This document shows, one piece after another, positions 48,194 to 58,300 of a DNA stretch of 64,000 bases. The DNA comes from an uncultured Clostridium sp. (GTDB taxonomy: Bacteria > Bacillota > Clostridia > TANB77 > CAG-508). The stretch covers positions 4,492 through 68,491 of the forward strand of contig CAMEJH010000002.1 in assembly GCA_945919455.1 (NCBI GenBank), in the 5' to 3' direction. Every line of letters starts with the position of its first letter. The stretch's first letter is position 1. Under the pieces are notes generated by a model, which saw only the letters and a list, made by a program, of their open reading frames with translations, was not told the origin of the DNA and made no database searches. A program made the translations under genes and the position numbers.

Positions 48194-48877
48194 CTATTTT
48201 ACCAATTTTCTTCTTTGCATTACAATGATTGTAAACGCTGTAAACATTCCTGTAAATGATACTAATCCTACTATTTCACTTAAGGAAATGACTCCACTAG
48301 GGAATTTTTGATAAAAGTCCATTATTGCTAAATTTGAAAATACACTATTTAAGTTTTCCATAAATAATGACATTATTAAAAATGCTATTGTTATTATTCC
48401 TGCTATTATTTGGTTTTCTGTTATGCTTGATGCAAACATTCCTATTGATAATGCTGCACTACTTACTAATACAAATCCTAACATATTTACTAATACTACA
48501 GTTATGTTTGGTGAACCAAAATAGCTTACTATAAAGAAATATACAAATGATACTAATAGTGTTATTACTATTACTGCTAATGCAGCTAATAGTTTTCCCA
48601 TTACAACACCCACCATACTTACCGGCGATGTTAATATTAATTGTTCTGTGCCTGTTTTTCTTTCTTCTGCAAACATTCTCATTGTTAATATTGGCACTAT
48701 TATCATTAATCCATACAATGCTGTATAATAATATAATGCTCCTAAGTCAACAGATCCTGATTGTGGTACTGTTATATAAAAGAATACACTAAATACAAAT
48801 AGAAATATTCCTATTACTACATATCCTATTGGAGATAAAAAGTAACTCTTAAATTCTTTTTTAAATATTGCCCACAT
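48194..48877 (-). CDS. ABC-2 type transporter permease (GldF-like)
   Basis: Six TM helices. Adjacent to the ABC ATPase. Confidence 0.6.
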   Translation of the reverse strand: MWAIFKKEFKSYFLSPIGYVVIGIFLFVFSVFFYITVPQSGSVDLGALYYYTALYGLMIIVPILTMRMFAEERKTGTEQLILTSPVSMVGVVMGKLLAALAVIVITLLVSFVYFFIVSYFGSPNITVVLVNMLGFVLVSSAALSIGMFASSITENQIIAGIITIAFLIMSLFMENLNSVFSNLAIMDFYQKFPSGVISLSEIVGLVSFTGMFTAFTIIVMQRRKLVK

Positions 48878-49911
48878 TATTCTTTTCCTCCTTCTTCTTC
48901 TTTTTCATTACTATTATCACTTTTATCTTCTATATTTTCTTTTGAAGGTGTGTCTATTAATTGCATAAATGCATCTTCTAGTGTTGCATCTGCTTTTTTC
49001 ATTTCAAATATTGTTATTCCTTCTTTTGCAAGAATTTCAAATATATTTTTTCTTAGGTCAATTTCTTTGTCTGTTGATATAATGTATTTTTTAGTTTTAT
49101 CTTCATTTTCTGTTATAAGTTTTACTTCTTGTACATCTTCTAGTTTTTCTTTAATTGTATCCATTTTGTTTTCTGGATCTTCAACAGTAACATATACCGA
49201 ATTGTCTTTTACTACTTTTTTCTCCAGATTTTCTGGTGAATCTATTGCTACTATTTCTCCTTTATTTATTATTATTACTTTATTACATATTTGACTTACT
49301 TCTGATAATATATGAGAACTTAATATTACAGTATGTGTTTTTCCTAGTTCTTTTATAAGTGCTCTTATTTCTGTTACTTGTTTTGGATCAAGCCCAACCG
49401 TTGGTTCATCTAATATTATTACTTTAGGATCACCAACTAACGCTCCTGCCATACTTACTCTTTGTTTATATCCTCTTGATAAATTTTTGGTTAATTTCTT
49501 TTGTACTTCTGTTAATCCTGTTTCTTCTATTGCTTTTAATACTTTTTCTTTCTTTTCTTTTTTATCTACACCTTTTATTTCTGCCATATATGTAACAAAT
49601 TCTTTTACAGTTAAATCACCGTATAGTGGCACTCCCTCTGGCATATAACCAATTTGTTTTTTAGCTTTTTTAGGTTTTTTTGAAATGTCATATCCGTCCA
49701 CAATTATTTTTCCTGATGATGGCTCAATAAATCCTGTTATCATGTTCATTGTTGTACTTTTACCAGCACCGTTTGGTCCTAAAAATCCTACAATTTCTCC
49801 CTCTTCTATTTCAAAGCTAATGTTTTTTACAGCTATAAAACTACCGTATTTTTTTGTAATATTTTCAACTTGAATCACAAATTTATCCTCCTCGTTTTTT
49901 AATCTTAACAC
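48877..49911 (-). CDS. ABC transporter ATP-binding protein
   Basis: Walker A GPNGAGKST. Signature LSRGYKQR. Walker B ILDEPT. Confidence 0.8.
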   Translation of the reverse strand: MLRLKNEEDKFVIQVENITKKYGSFIAVKNISFEIEEGEIVGFLGPNGAGKSTTMNMITGFIEPSSGKIIVDGYDISKKPKKAKKQIGYMPEGVPLYGDLTVKEFVTYMAEIKGVDKKEKKEKVLKAIEETGLTEVQKKLTKNLSRGYKQRVSMAGALVGDPKVIILDEPTVGLDPKQVTEIRALIKELGKTHTVILSSHILSEVSQICNKVIIINKGEIVAIDSPENLEKKVVKDNSVYVTVEDPENKMDTIKEKLEDVQEVKLITENEDKTKKYIISTDKEIDLRKNIFEILAKEGITIFEMKKADATLEDAFMQLIDTPSKENIEDKSDNSNEKEEEGGKE

Positions 49912-50034
49912 ATATTACCATTTTCTGTTTCTCTTGTAAATATAATTCACATACTTTTCACATTTATTTACGGATAGTGGAAAAAGCGAATATTTTTTAT
50001 GTTGTTTCATATCTATTTAAAAAGTGAGGTTTGT

Positions 50035-50664
50035 ATGCAATATTTATATCCTTTTATGATTTCTTTTATTTTTATATTTTTGTCTGAACTTGGTGATAAA
50101 ACTCAAATATTGGTTTTGTCTTTTTCAGCAAAAAATAAGGCTTCTAGTATACTAATTGGTGTTGCTTTAGGTACACTTCTTAGCCATGGAGTTGCTATTA
50201 TGTTTGGTAGCAAATTAAGTTGCCTTGGTAATGAGTTATTTATCTTTTATCTAAAAATTTTAACATATTTAACTTTTATTTTGTTTGGTATAATTGGTTT
50301 TATTAATTTAGCAAAAAAATCTGGTTCTTCATCTTCTGAGTTAGAGGCAAAACCAAATTCTTCTTTTGTTAAATTTATAACTTCTTTATTTAATAACTGT
50401 ATATTTATTGTTGCATCTACTATTGCTATAGGAGAACTTGGTGATAAAACTTTTTTAGCTTCTATTGGTCTTGGTGTAGAATATCCCCTTTTTAGAATTC
50501 CTCTAATTTGTGGTTCTATCTGTGGAATGGTTGCAAGTGACTCTATTGCCATCTTTTTTGGCAAATTATTAGGAAGTAAAATTTCTTCTAATACAATTGA
50601 TTTTTTGTCTAATATGATTTTTATATTGTTTGGTGTTATAGGCATTATGAGTGTTCTTATATGA
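50035..50664 (+). CDS. UPF0016/GDT1-family cation (Ca2+/Mn2+) transporter
   Basis: Two E-x-G-D-K-T motifs (SELGDKTQ, GELGDKTF). ATG at 50035 with GTGAGG RBS. Confidence 0.7.
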   Translation: MQYLYPFMISFIFIFLSELGDKTQILVLSFSAKNKASSILIGVALGTLLSHGVAIMFGSKLSCLGNELFIFYLKILTYLTFILFGIIGFINLAKKSGSSSSELEAKPNSSFVKFITSLFNNCIFIVASTIAIGELGDKTFLASIGLGVEYPLFRIPLICGSICGMVASDSIAIFFGKLLGSKISSNTIDFLSNMIFILFGVIGIMSVLI

Positions 50665-50677
50665 TTAAGAAAAAACA

Positions 50678-50733
50678 AGACCCGGGACTAAATTTCCCTT
50701 AGGGAAAAAGTAGACCCGGGACCAAATTGCCCA
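50678..50733. repeat. two 21-bp GC-rich direct repeats AGACCCGGGAC(T/C)AAATT(T/G)CCC, each followed by a short palindrome
   Basis: Repeat units at 50678-50698 and 50713-50733, 19/21 identical. Located between convergent genes. Confidence 0.4.
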
Positions 50734-50735
50734 AT

Positions 50736-52316
50736 TTATTCTATTCCTAAATATTCATTATATGTAATTTCTCTATCTATAATTTTATCTGATTTTATAT
50801 CTATAATTCTATTTGCTACTGTTTGTGTTAGTTGATGATCATGTGACGTAAATAATATATTTCCTTTAAATTTACTCATCCCCTCATTTACAGATGTTAT
50901 ACTCTCCATGTCTAAGTGATTTGTTGGTTCATCAAATATTAAGAAGTTAGCTCCTGAAAGCATCATTTTTGATAATACACATCTTACTTTTTCTCCTCCT
51001 GAAAGTACTTTTACATCTTTCAATGCCTCATCTCCTGAAAATAACATTCTTCCTAAAAATCCTCTAACGTATGTTTCATCTGGATCTTTAGAATACTTTC
51101 TAAGCCAATCTGTTAGGTTTTCATCTGTTTCGAATAAATAGTTATTGTCTTTTGGGAAATAGCTTTGAGTTATTGTTGTTCCCCATATTAGTTCTCCTTC
51201 ATCTGGCTCCATTTCTCCTGCAATTATTTGAAATAATACTGTTTTAGCATTTTCATTGTCTGCTAAAAAGGCTATTTTATCTCCTGTTTTTACAGTAAAA
51301 GATATGTTGTTTAGTATTTTTTCTCCATTAATTGTTTTTGAAATATTTTTTACTTGTAATATTTCTTTTCCTGGTTCTCTATCTGGCTTAAAATCTACAT
51401 ATGGATATTTTCTATTTGATGGTTTTATTTCATCTAATTCTATTTTTTCAAGTGTTTTCTTTCTTGATGTTGCTTGTTTTGATTTTGAAGCATTTGCACT
51501 AAATCTAGCTATAAATTCTTGTAGTTCTTTTATTTTTTCTTCTTTCTTTTTGTTTTGTTCTTTCATTTGTTTTAATGCTAATTGGCTTGACTCATACCAG
51601 AAATCATAGTTTCCTGGATATACTTTTATTTTTCCAAAGTCAACATCTGCTATATGCGTACATACTTTATTTAAAAAATATCTATCATGTGATACTACTA
51701 TTACTGTATTTTCAAAATTTATTAAAAATTCCTGTAACCAGTTTATACTTTTTAGGTCTAAGTCATTTGTTGGCTCATCTAATAACAATACATCTGGATT
51801 TCCAAATAAGGCCTGAGCTAACAATACTTTTACTTTGTCTCTAGCCTCTATTTCACTCATTAATTTATAATGGTTTTCTGGGATAATTCCTAAATCATTT
51901 AATAACATTGCACTATCAGATTCAGCATTCCATCCATCTAATTCTGCGAATCTTTCTTCTAATTTTGCTGCTTTCATTCCATCTTCTTCTGAAAAATCTG
52001 GCTTCATATATATTGCTTCTTTTTCTTTCATTATGTCGTATAATTCTTTATTTCCCATCATTACTGTATCTATTACTGAGTATTCTTCAAATGCAAAGTG
52101 ATCCTGTTTTAGTACTGATAGTCTTTCTCCTTTTTCTAGTGATACCTCTCCTTTGCTTGGTTCTATTTCTCCTGATAATACTTTCAAAAATGTTGATTTT
52201 CCTGCTCCATTAGCTCCTATTATTCCATAACAGTTTCCTTTTCCAAATTTTATATTTACATCCTCAAATAAGACTCTTTTTCCAAATCTAACTGTTACTC
52301 CATTTGCTGTTAACAT
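50736..52316 (-). CDS. ABC-F family ATPase (tandem ABC domains, no TM)
   Basis: Two Walker A (GANGAGKST; ADNENAKT-like) and two signature motifs. Short inter-domain linker. Confidence 0.8.
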   Translation of the reverse strand: MLTANGVTVRFGKRVLFEDVNIKFGKGNCYGIIGANGAGKSTFLKVLSGEIEPSKGEVSLEKGERLSVLKQDHFAFEEYSVIDTVMMGNKELYDIMKEKEAIYMKPDFSEEDGMKAAKLEERFAELDGWNAESDSAMLLNDLGIIPENHYKLMSEIEARDKVKVLLAQALFGNPDVLLLDEPTNDLDLKSINWLQEFLINFENTVIVVSHDRYFLNKVCTHIADVDFGKIKVYPGNYDFWYESSQLALKQMKEQNKKKEEKIKELQEFIARFSANASKSKQATSRKKTLEKIELDEIKPSNRKYPYVDFKPDREPGKEILQVKNISKTINGEKILNNISFTVKTGDKIAFLADNENAKTVLFQIIAGEMEPDEGELIWGTTITQSYFPKDNNYLFETDENLTDWLRKYSKDPDETYVRGFLGRMLFSGDEALKDVKVLSGGEKVRCVLSKMMLSGANFLIFDEPTNHLDMESITSVNEGMSKFKGNILFTSHDHQLTQTVANRIIDIKSDKIIDREITYNEYLGIE

Positions 52317-52443
52317 GGCTTCCTCCTTTTATGCGATTTTTAACTCTTTCTATTATAATTGATTTACCTATTTTTGTCAATTGGTATATTCACTATTGCA
52401 TATTTAGTCGTTTTATGTTATTTTATAGATAAGGTGATATTGT

Positions 52444-53688
52444 ATGAAGAAAAAATTAAAAATAGTAAATAAATGCCGTTTTATTATTGCATTTTTTGTA
52501 TCAATTGCTATATTAGTACTACTTGGTTTTGGAGCTTATAAGATATTATTTAATAGGACTTCTAATGAAAATACTACAATTTCAGATTCAAATACTACTA
52601 ATAATACGGTAGAAACACCAGCAAAAAAAGAGGATATACATATTTCAATGAGTGTAATTGGAGATATTATGTGTCATAATTCACAATATACAGATGCATA
52701 TCTTGCTTCTTCTGATACTTATGATTTTTCTTATGTTTTTGATAATATAAAAGATTATATTGGTAAAGCTGATGTAGCTATTGGTAACTTAGAAACTACT
52801 TTTGCCGGAAAAAAGAGAGGTTATAGTAATTATCCTAGATTTAATAGTCCTGAACAATTAGCTACTGATTTAAAGGAATTAGGTATTGATGTTCTTTCAA
52901 CAGCTAATAATCATAGTATGGATACTGGTTATTCTGGCCTTGTTAGTACTTTAAATTTTTTAGATGAAGTTGGTATATCACATACTGGTACATATTCTTC
53001 AATAGAAGATCAAAATAAGGTTTTAGTTAAAGATATTAATGGAATTAAAATCGCTTTTTTAGCTTTTACATATGGAACTAATGGAATTCCTGTTCCAAAA
53101 GATAATAGTTATTGTATTAATCTTATTGATGAAGATTTAATTTTGAAGCAGCTTGATGTTGCCAAAAAGCAAAATCCTGATTTAATTTGTGTTAATATGC
53201 ATTGGGGAAATGAATATCAATTAAAACAAAATGATACCCAAAAAAATTTGGCAGATTTATTATTTAAAAATGGTGTTGATGTTATATTAGGAAGCCATCC
53301 TCATGTTCTACAACCTATGGAAAAAAGAACTGTTACTCTTGAAGATGGTACAACTAAAGATTGCTTTGTTATATATTCTTTGGGTAATTTTATATCTGGA
53401 CAGACAAAGGATAATACAAAAAATTCAGTTATTTTGAATATAAATTTTACTAAAAATGGTGAAACTGATAAAACAACTATAGATTCTGTTTCATATGTGC
53501 CTATTTATATGTATAAAGCTTCTTCTGGCAATACTAAAAAATTTCGTGTTCTAGATATTGAAAAGTCTATTGCTGATTATGATTCTGGAGTAGATAAATC
53601 TATAGGTGCTACTACATATTCTACTTTGAAAAAAGAACTTACTAAGATTAAAAATACTATGGGAGAAAATATTGATTTTAAAAATTAA
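52444..53688 (+). CDS. capA: CapA/PGA_cap-family metallophosphatase-like protein
   Basis: MHWGNEY and GSHPHVLQP motifs of the CapA family. N-terminal TM. Confidence 0.7.
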   Translation: MKKKLKIVNKCRFIIAFFVSIAILVLLGFGAYKILFNRTSNENTTISDSNTTNNTVETPAKKEDIHISMSVIGDIMCHNSQYTDAYLASSDTYDFSYVFDNIKDYIGKADVAIGNLETTFAGKKRGYSNYPRFNSPEQLATDLKELGIDVLSTANNHSMDTGYSGLVSTLNFLDEVGISHTGTYSSIEDQNKVLVKDINGIKIAFLAFTYGTNGIPVPKDNSYCINLIDEDLILKQLDVAKKQNPDLICVNMHWGNEYQLKQNDTQKNLADLLFKNGVDVILGSHPHVLQPMEKRTVTLEDGTTKDCFVIYSLGNFISGQTKDNTKNSVILNINFTKNGETDKTTIDSVSYVPIYMYKASSGNTKKFRVLDIEKSIADYDSGVDKSIGATTYSTLKKELTKIKNTMGENIDFKN

Positions 53689-53696
53689 ATAAATAG

Positions 53697-53725
53697 AACT
53701 CTACAATAATTGTAGAGTTCTTAAG
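53697..53725. terminator. perfect hairpin GAACTCTACAATT-att-GTAGAGTTC between capA and tRNA-Lys (bidirectional terminator)
   Basis: 13-bp stem inverted repeat. Confidence 0.55.
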
Positions 53726-53728
53726 TTT

Positions 53729-53803
53729 GGTGCACCATAGAGGATTCGAACCTCCGACCATTTGATTAAGAGTCAACTGCTCTACCAACTGAGCTAATGG
53801 TGC
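53729..53803 (-). tRNA. tRNA-Lys (anticodon CTT)
   Basis: Reverse-complement GCACCATTAGCTCAGTTGGTAGAGCAGTTGACTCTTAATCAAATGGTCGGAGGTTCGAATCCTCTATGGTGCACCA. Cloverleaf arms present. Anticodon loop CTCTTAA. Confidence 0.85.
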
Positions 53804-53828
53804 ATAACAATAATTATTATAATACTAA

Positions 53829-53858
53829 AGAGCTCACTTGTCAAGACATGTGAGCTCT
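53829..53858. terminator. hairpin AGAGCTCAC...GTGAGCTCT (12-nt loop) followed by TTTTTATTTT
   Basis: Seen directly. Lies between the surface-protein gene stop (53876) and tRNA-Lys. Confidence 0.4.
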
Positions 53859-53875
53859 TTTTATTTTAATAATCA

Positions 53876-55231
53876 TTATTTTATATCTCTATACTTTTTA
53901 TTTTGATGTATAAAATATATTGATGTTATTATTAATGTAGCTAATATTACATAGGCAATTACATTTAATCCAGTATATGGTAAAGGCTCTTTTGCTACAG
54001 TATTGTCTTTAATTTCATTATCTTCTGTTACAAATTTGAATTCACTGCTAAAGTAGTTAATTAAATTTTTACTACCATTTTCTTCTATTTTTGCTTGGCA
54101 CAATGCAACATCTTCTACTGTATTATATATTCCATTATCATCTTCTAATTCCATATAAATAAAATAGTAAGCTTCATTGACTAATTCTACATTATTAAGT
54201 ACTCCTAAATTTTCTCCTAAAGATAATGTTCCTGTAGAAATAGCAGATTGGCTTTTAGCATAATTTAATAAATTTGATAACGAATCATTTGTATTATCAT
54301 TAATTGATTTTAATAATTCCATATCTGTAATTCTTCCTATTTTGTAATTAACTTTTCTTGAAGCACTATATACTTCTCTACAAGATATATTTGTACTATC
54401 AGAGTTATAATATCCAATAATTCTTTTTGTTAGTTGGAGTTGAGTTAATCTAGTAATTTCTTTTGCTTCTACTACAATTTTAGTTTTAGATTCTGTATAG
54501 TTGTTTTCTATAATCCAAAGATAAATTTTTCCTTTTGATTCTATTACATTTTTTAAATCTGATGCGCTTATCTTTCCATCTAATAACATTTTATAATTGT
54601 TTAAACTAATACTATCTATATTAACTGTATCCGTTTTATCATTAGATAAATATATATAATAATGTGTTGTATTTGAGTTTTTAAAATCAACATTTTTTAT
54701 TAATAAATTTGGAGTTGTATGATCTGTATCTGTATATCCACTCCATTCATATGTTGCTTTACTGAAGTCTGTCCATTCAATTGTCTCAGATGACTGATTT
54801 GCAATAATAGTTTTTGTTAATAATTCACTAATATCAATTTTAACTGTTGATACTCCTATATCTGTTGTTTCTTCATAAATAATATCTTGTACATTTAATG
54901 TTCCTATATCTTCAGATGTTATTGTATATGTGTATGTTAAATAATCTGTTATTGTTTCTATTGTATCTGGTAAAATTGTCCTGATTTCACTGTCTCCAAA
55001 TTGAATTGTTAACTTAGGTAAGTCTTGTAAAGCATTAATATTAGCTGTTAGTTTAAATATTACTTTATCTCCTGTTACACAGTTTCCAGACTCCATATTT
55101 GTTACTTCAAAATCTCGTATATCATCTACTGTTACTGTTGTAGCATTAGACAAGTTTGGTATGCTTAATACCATAATCAAAGTTATTATTAAAAATAGGA
55201 TTTTAAATTTTATTTTCATTTGTACCTCCAT
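53876..55231 (-). CDS. LPXTG (LPYTG) cell-wall-anchored surface protein
   Basis: Signal peptide. C-terminal LPYTG + hydrophobic stretch + KKYRDIK. Confidence 0.65.
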   Translation of the reverse strand: MEVQMKIKFKILFLIITLIMVLSIPNLSNATTVTVDDIRDFEVTNMESGNCVTGDKVIFKLTANINALQDLPKLTIQFGDSEIRTILPDTIETITDYLTYTYTITSEDIGTLNVQDIIYEETTDIGVSTVKIDISELLTKTIIANQSSETIEWTDFSKATYEWSGYTDTDHTTPNLLIKNVDFKNSNTTHYYIYLSNDKTDTVNIDSISLNNYKMLLDGKISASDLKNVIESKGKIYLWIIENNYTESKTKIVVEAKEITRLTQLQLTKRIIGYYNSDSTNISCREVYSASRKVNYKIGRITDMELLKSINDNTNDSLSNLLNYAKSQSAISTGTLSLGENLGVLNNVELVNEAYYFIYMELEDDNGIYNTVEDVALCQAKIEENGSKNLINYFSSEFKFVTEDNEIKDNTVAKEPLPYTGLNVIAYVILATLIITSIYFIHQNKKYRDIK

Positions 55232-55278
55232 TCTTTATTTTTATTTTATATTTTTATTATTTTTTTGTCAAGAGTTTA

Positions 55279-55320
55279 TAAAAGAACTATAACAATTATA
55301 GATAATTGTTATAGTTCTTT
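55279..55320. terminator. hairpin GAACTATAACAATT...AATTGTTATAGTTC downstream of the 1466-aa gene
   Basis: 14-bp perfect inverted repeat with T-rich flanks. Confidence 0.5.
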
Positions 55321-55355
55321 TTATTTTAGTATTTATCTTTATATCTTATTAGTAA

Positions 55356-58300
55356 TTATCCAATTACTTTTTTCTTTATTAAGTATATTCCTCCTGCTAG
55401 AACTATTAGTGCTACTGCTCCTACTGCTATATATATTATTGTATTATTTTCTAGTCCTGTTGGTGGTGTTATTCTTATTGTAATCATGTCGTCATCTTGT
55501 TCATGTAAAGTTGCTCCATTCTTTAAAGATATAATATTATTTTGTATATCATTTTTTGTCATATCTTTATCTATTGTCCTCTTCAAAGAAGGTAAATAAT
55601 CACCTGGCTTATAAGTTTTTGTTATTTGTTTTCCATCGTTTACACTATCTATATTTCTTGCAATCTTTCCATTTAATTGTAAGATTTCTACATGATTTTC
55701 ATAAGTATAATCTTCTGCTTGATTTGCTAGTAATTTACTTGCAAATAAGTTTAATGTCTTAGAACTTCCACTTGTAACATTGTAGAAATAATTTGTCTTA
55801 AAGATTAAGTAATTTTCTTTATTCAATTTTTCTTTTGTTTTTTCTGATATTAATCCTTGTTCTCGTAATATATCAGCTGGTGATTTAACTGTTCCATCTG
55901 CATTAGTTCCAGGTTTTACTTGCTCCCACCTATAAGTTGTTACACCAGTTGTGTCATTGGTAAATGTAAGTTTATTTATTCCATTTACATCATCTCTATT
56001 AGTTTCATCTCCAACTGTACAAGTTAGTTCTGGATCTACGTAGTCAACAAGCCATTCTACTGTTGATATAATTAACGGTGTTGTTTGCTCACCATAATAA
56101 TAATAATTTGCATTTCTGTTTTTAGTAATAAAGCATTTGTTTTCATCAATGTCATTATATTCATATTCGTATTCATAGTCTTTTTCACTATTATTAGTTA
56201 CAGTTATAGCATATGTTATATCAAGTCTTGCTCCTTGGATTGATTCAGAATCCATTTCTATGTAAAGGAATTTTTCTTTTGCTTTTACAGCATCGGCTCT
56301 AGTTTTAATGTCTTTATCTCCTAATGCTTTTACATAATTCATTTTTTCTGCATATGGATTTCCTTCTGTTAATACTTGTCCATTTGCTAATGTAATTTTT
56401 AAATTTGATATTGTTTTATCTACAACTATATCTTCTCTTGCTCTTTCTATAATACCAAAGTCAAATATTGTCCAATCATGATCAAATTTTCCATTTTTCT
56501 TTTCACCATCTATATTAACATCTGAATTTTGATCTTTAGTATACTCTATCTGTACTCTAAATGGTCTGGTATATGCTGACATATTTACTGGGTCATCAAA
56601 ATTTGAATATTTTAATGATTGTACTCTTAATCTCTCTTTAAGATCATCTACTGCTATTGAATAATTGTTGTTTGTTGTTAGATGCCACATTGTACTATTA
56701 TTTGAACCGTTTATCATATTCTTAATTATAGGTTCTGTTATTACTGTAGATTTATAGTTTCTAGCATTAATAATATTATTATTTATTTTTGTTTGTAAAT
56801 CTACTGAATATGTATTTGGAGACTTATCTACATCTACTAATGTTGTTTTATCATTTCCGTATGTATATCTAATTATATAATTATCTACTACTACACCTTC
56901 TGTTGTGTCTTCTCCAAACTGATAATGTCCATCTGATTTTGTATATGCAACAGCTAATTTTCTTTCAGCTCTATTACCAGATATATAATATAAATATGCT
57001 GGTTCTGTAGTTCCATCATCATTTACTTTTAGTAATTGAACTTGTACTCCTTCTACTGAATTTTCTGTACTTGAATTGTATTTACCATCTCCAATTCTTT
57101 CTCCTGTTCTAGTGTTTGTGTCTTCCCATACCGTTCCTGATATTATCTTATAGTTTGGATCTTTACATAATACAAATGTTGGAGCAATGTCTGTATCGTC
57201 CTCATTTGGGCCTTTTCCAGGTACTGTATTTCCTGGTGCTGAATCTTGGTCTATTCCAGCATATCGTCCGCCTGTCCATCCCTTTTCTTGTGCTGTTTCA
57301 GTCTCCGCACACATAGTATTACTTCCATAGAATGAAGAATAAGCATATATTTCTGAAATATTCTTTAATAAGGCATCCTCAGTTAGCAATCTCTTTATAA
57401 CATTATCATTTACCCTGTATTCTACCTGTATAATATCTGACATTTGTCCAGGTTGAATAATTTGTCCACTCAGAGCCTGACTATACATAGCTTTATATTT
57501 TCCATTATAAGTATCACCATATTTGCTTGGACTTGTCCAAGGTCCTGCATTAAATGTATAATTAGCATCATAGTAATTTACTATTTCTTGAACCCTTGCA
57601 GATAGCGTAGTAGACTGATTTTTTACTCTTATGTCATAAGTAACATATACTTGTAAATCTTCTGTTCCATGTTTATTTACATATGCTATGTCTGATGGAT
57701 TTACAGGTCTACGATATTCTTGTGTGTATTTTCCTGTAAATTTAACCGTATAATCAAATAGTTCTTCATTTGGACTTTGAATTCCTCTAGAATTATATTT
57801 GTATGTATATTCTTGCCCTTTCATAATTACTCTTACTTTATTAATATCTGATACTATTGCTAAGTCTGGTTGCTCTCTTCCTACTAATCCTAAGTTCATG
57901 TTGTATATGTGCCATTCATCTATTTCTTGATCATAATAATGATGTGTACATCTATGAGAACCATGCTTTTTACATGATACCCTATGTGTGTATTCATCAT
58001 AGCAATATCTACTTGTTTCTGTTTCAGCATATCTACTTAATAAACTATTTACACCTGTCAGTTTAGTATTTGCTCTTACAGTAAAATCCGTAATATCTTG
58101 TTGTAATTGTGATGAATTATTTCCTGTTGTATATGATAATCCAAATCTACGTGTTCCATTACTTTTAACTTCATCTTTTGTTATTTCTTCAAATTGATTA
58201 TCCAATAATTTTCTTGAGTTTTCACTTTCTGTTGCTTTTGATGTATTTGATCCAGATGTTGTTGCAGCTACAGTTGTATATTTCAATCCATTATATTTAA

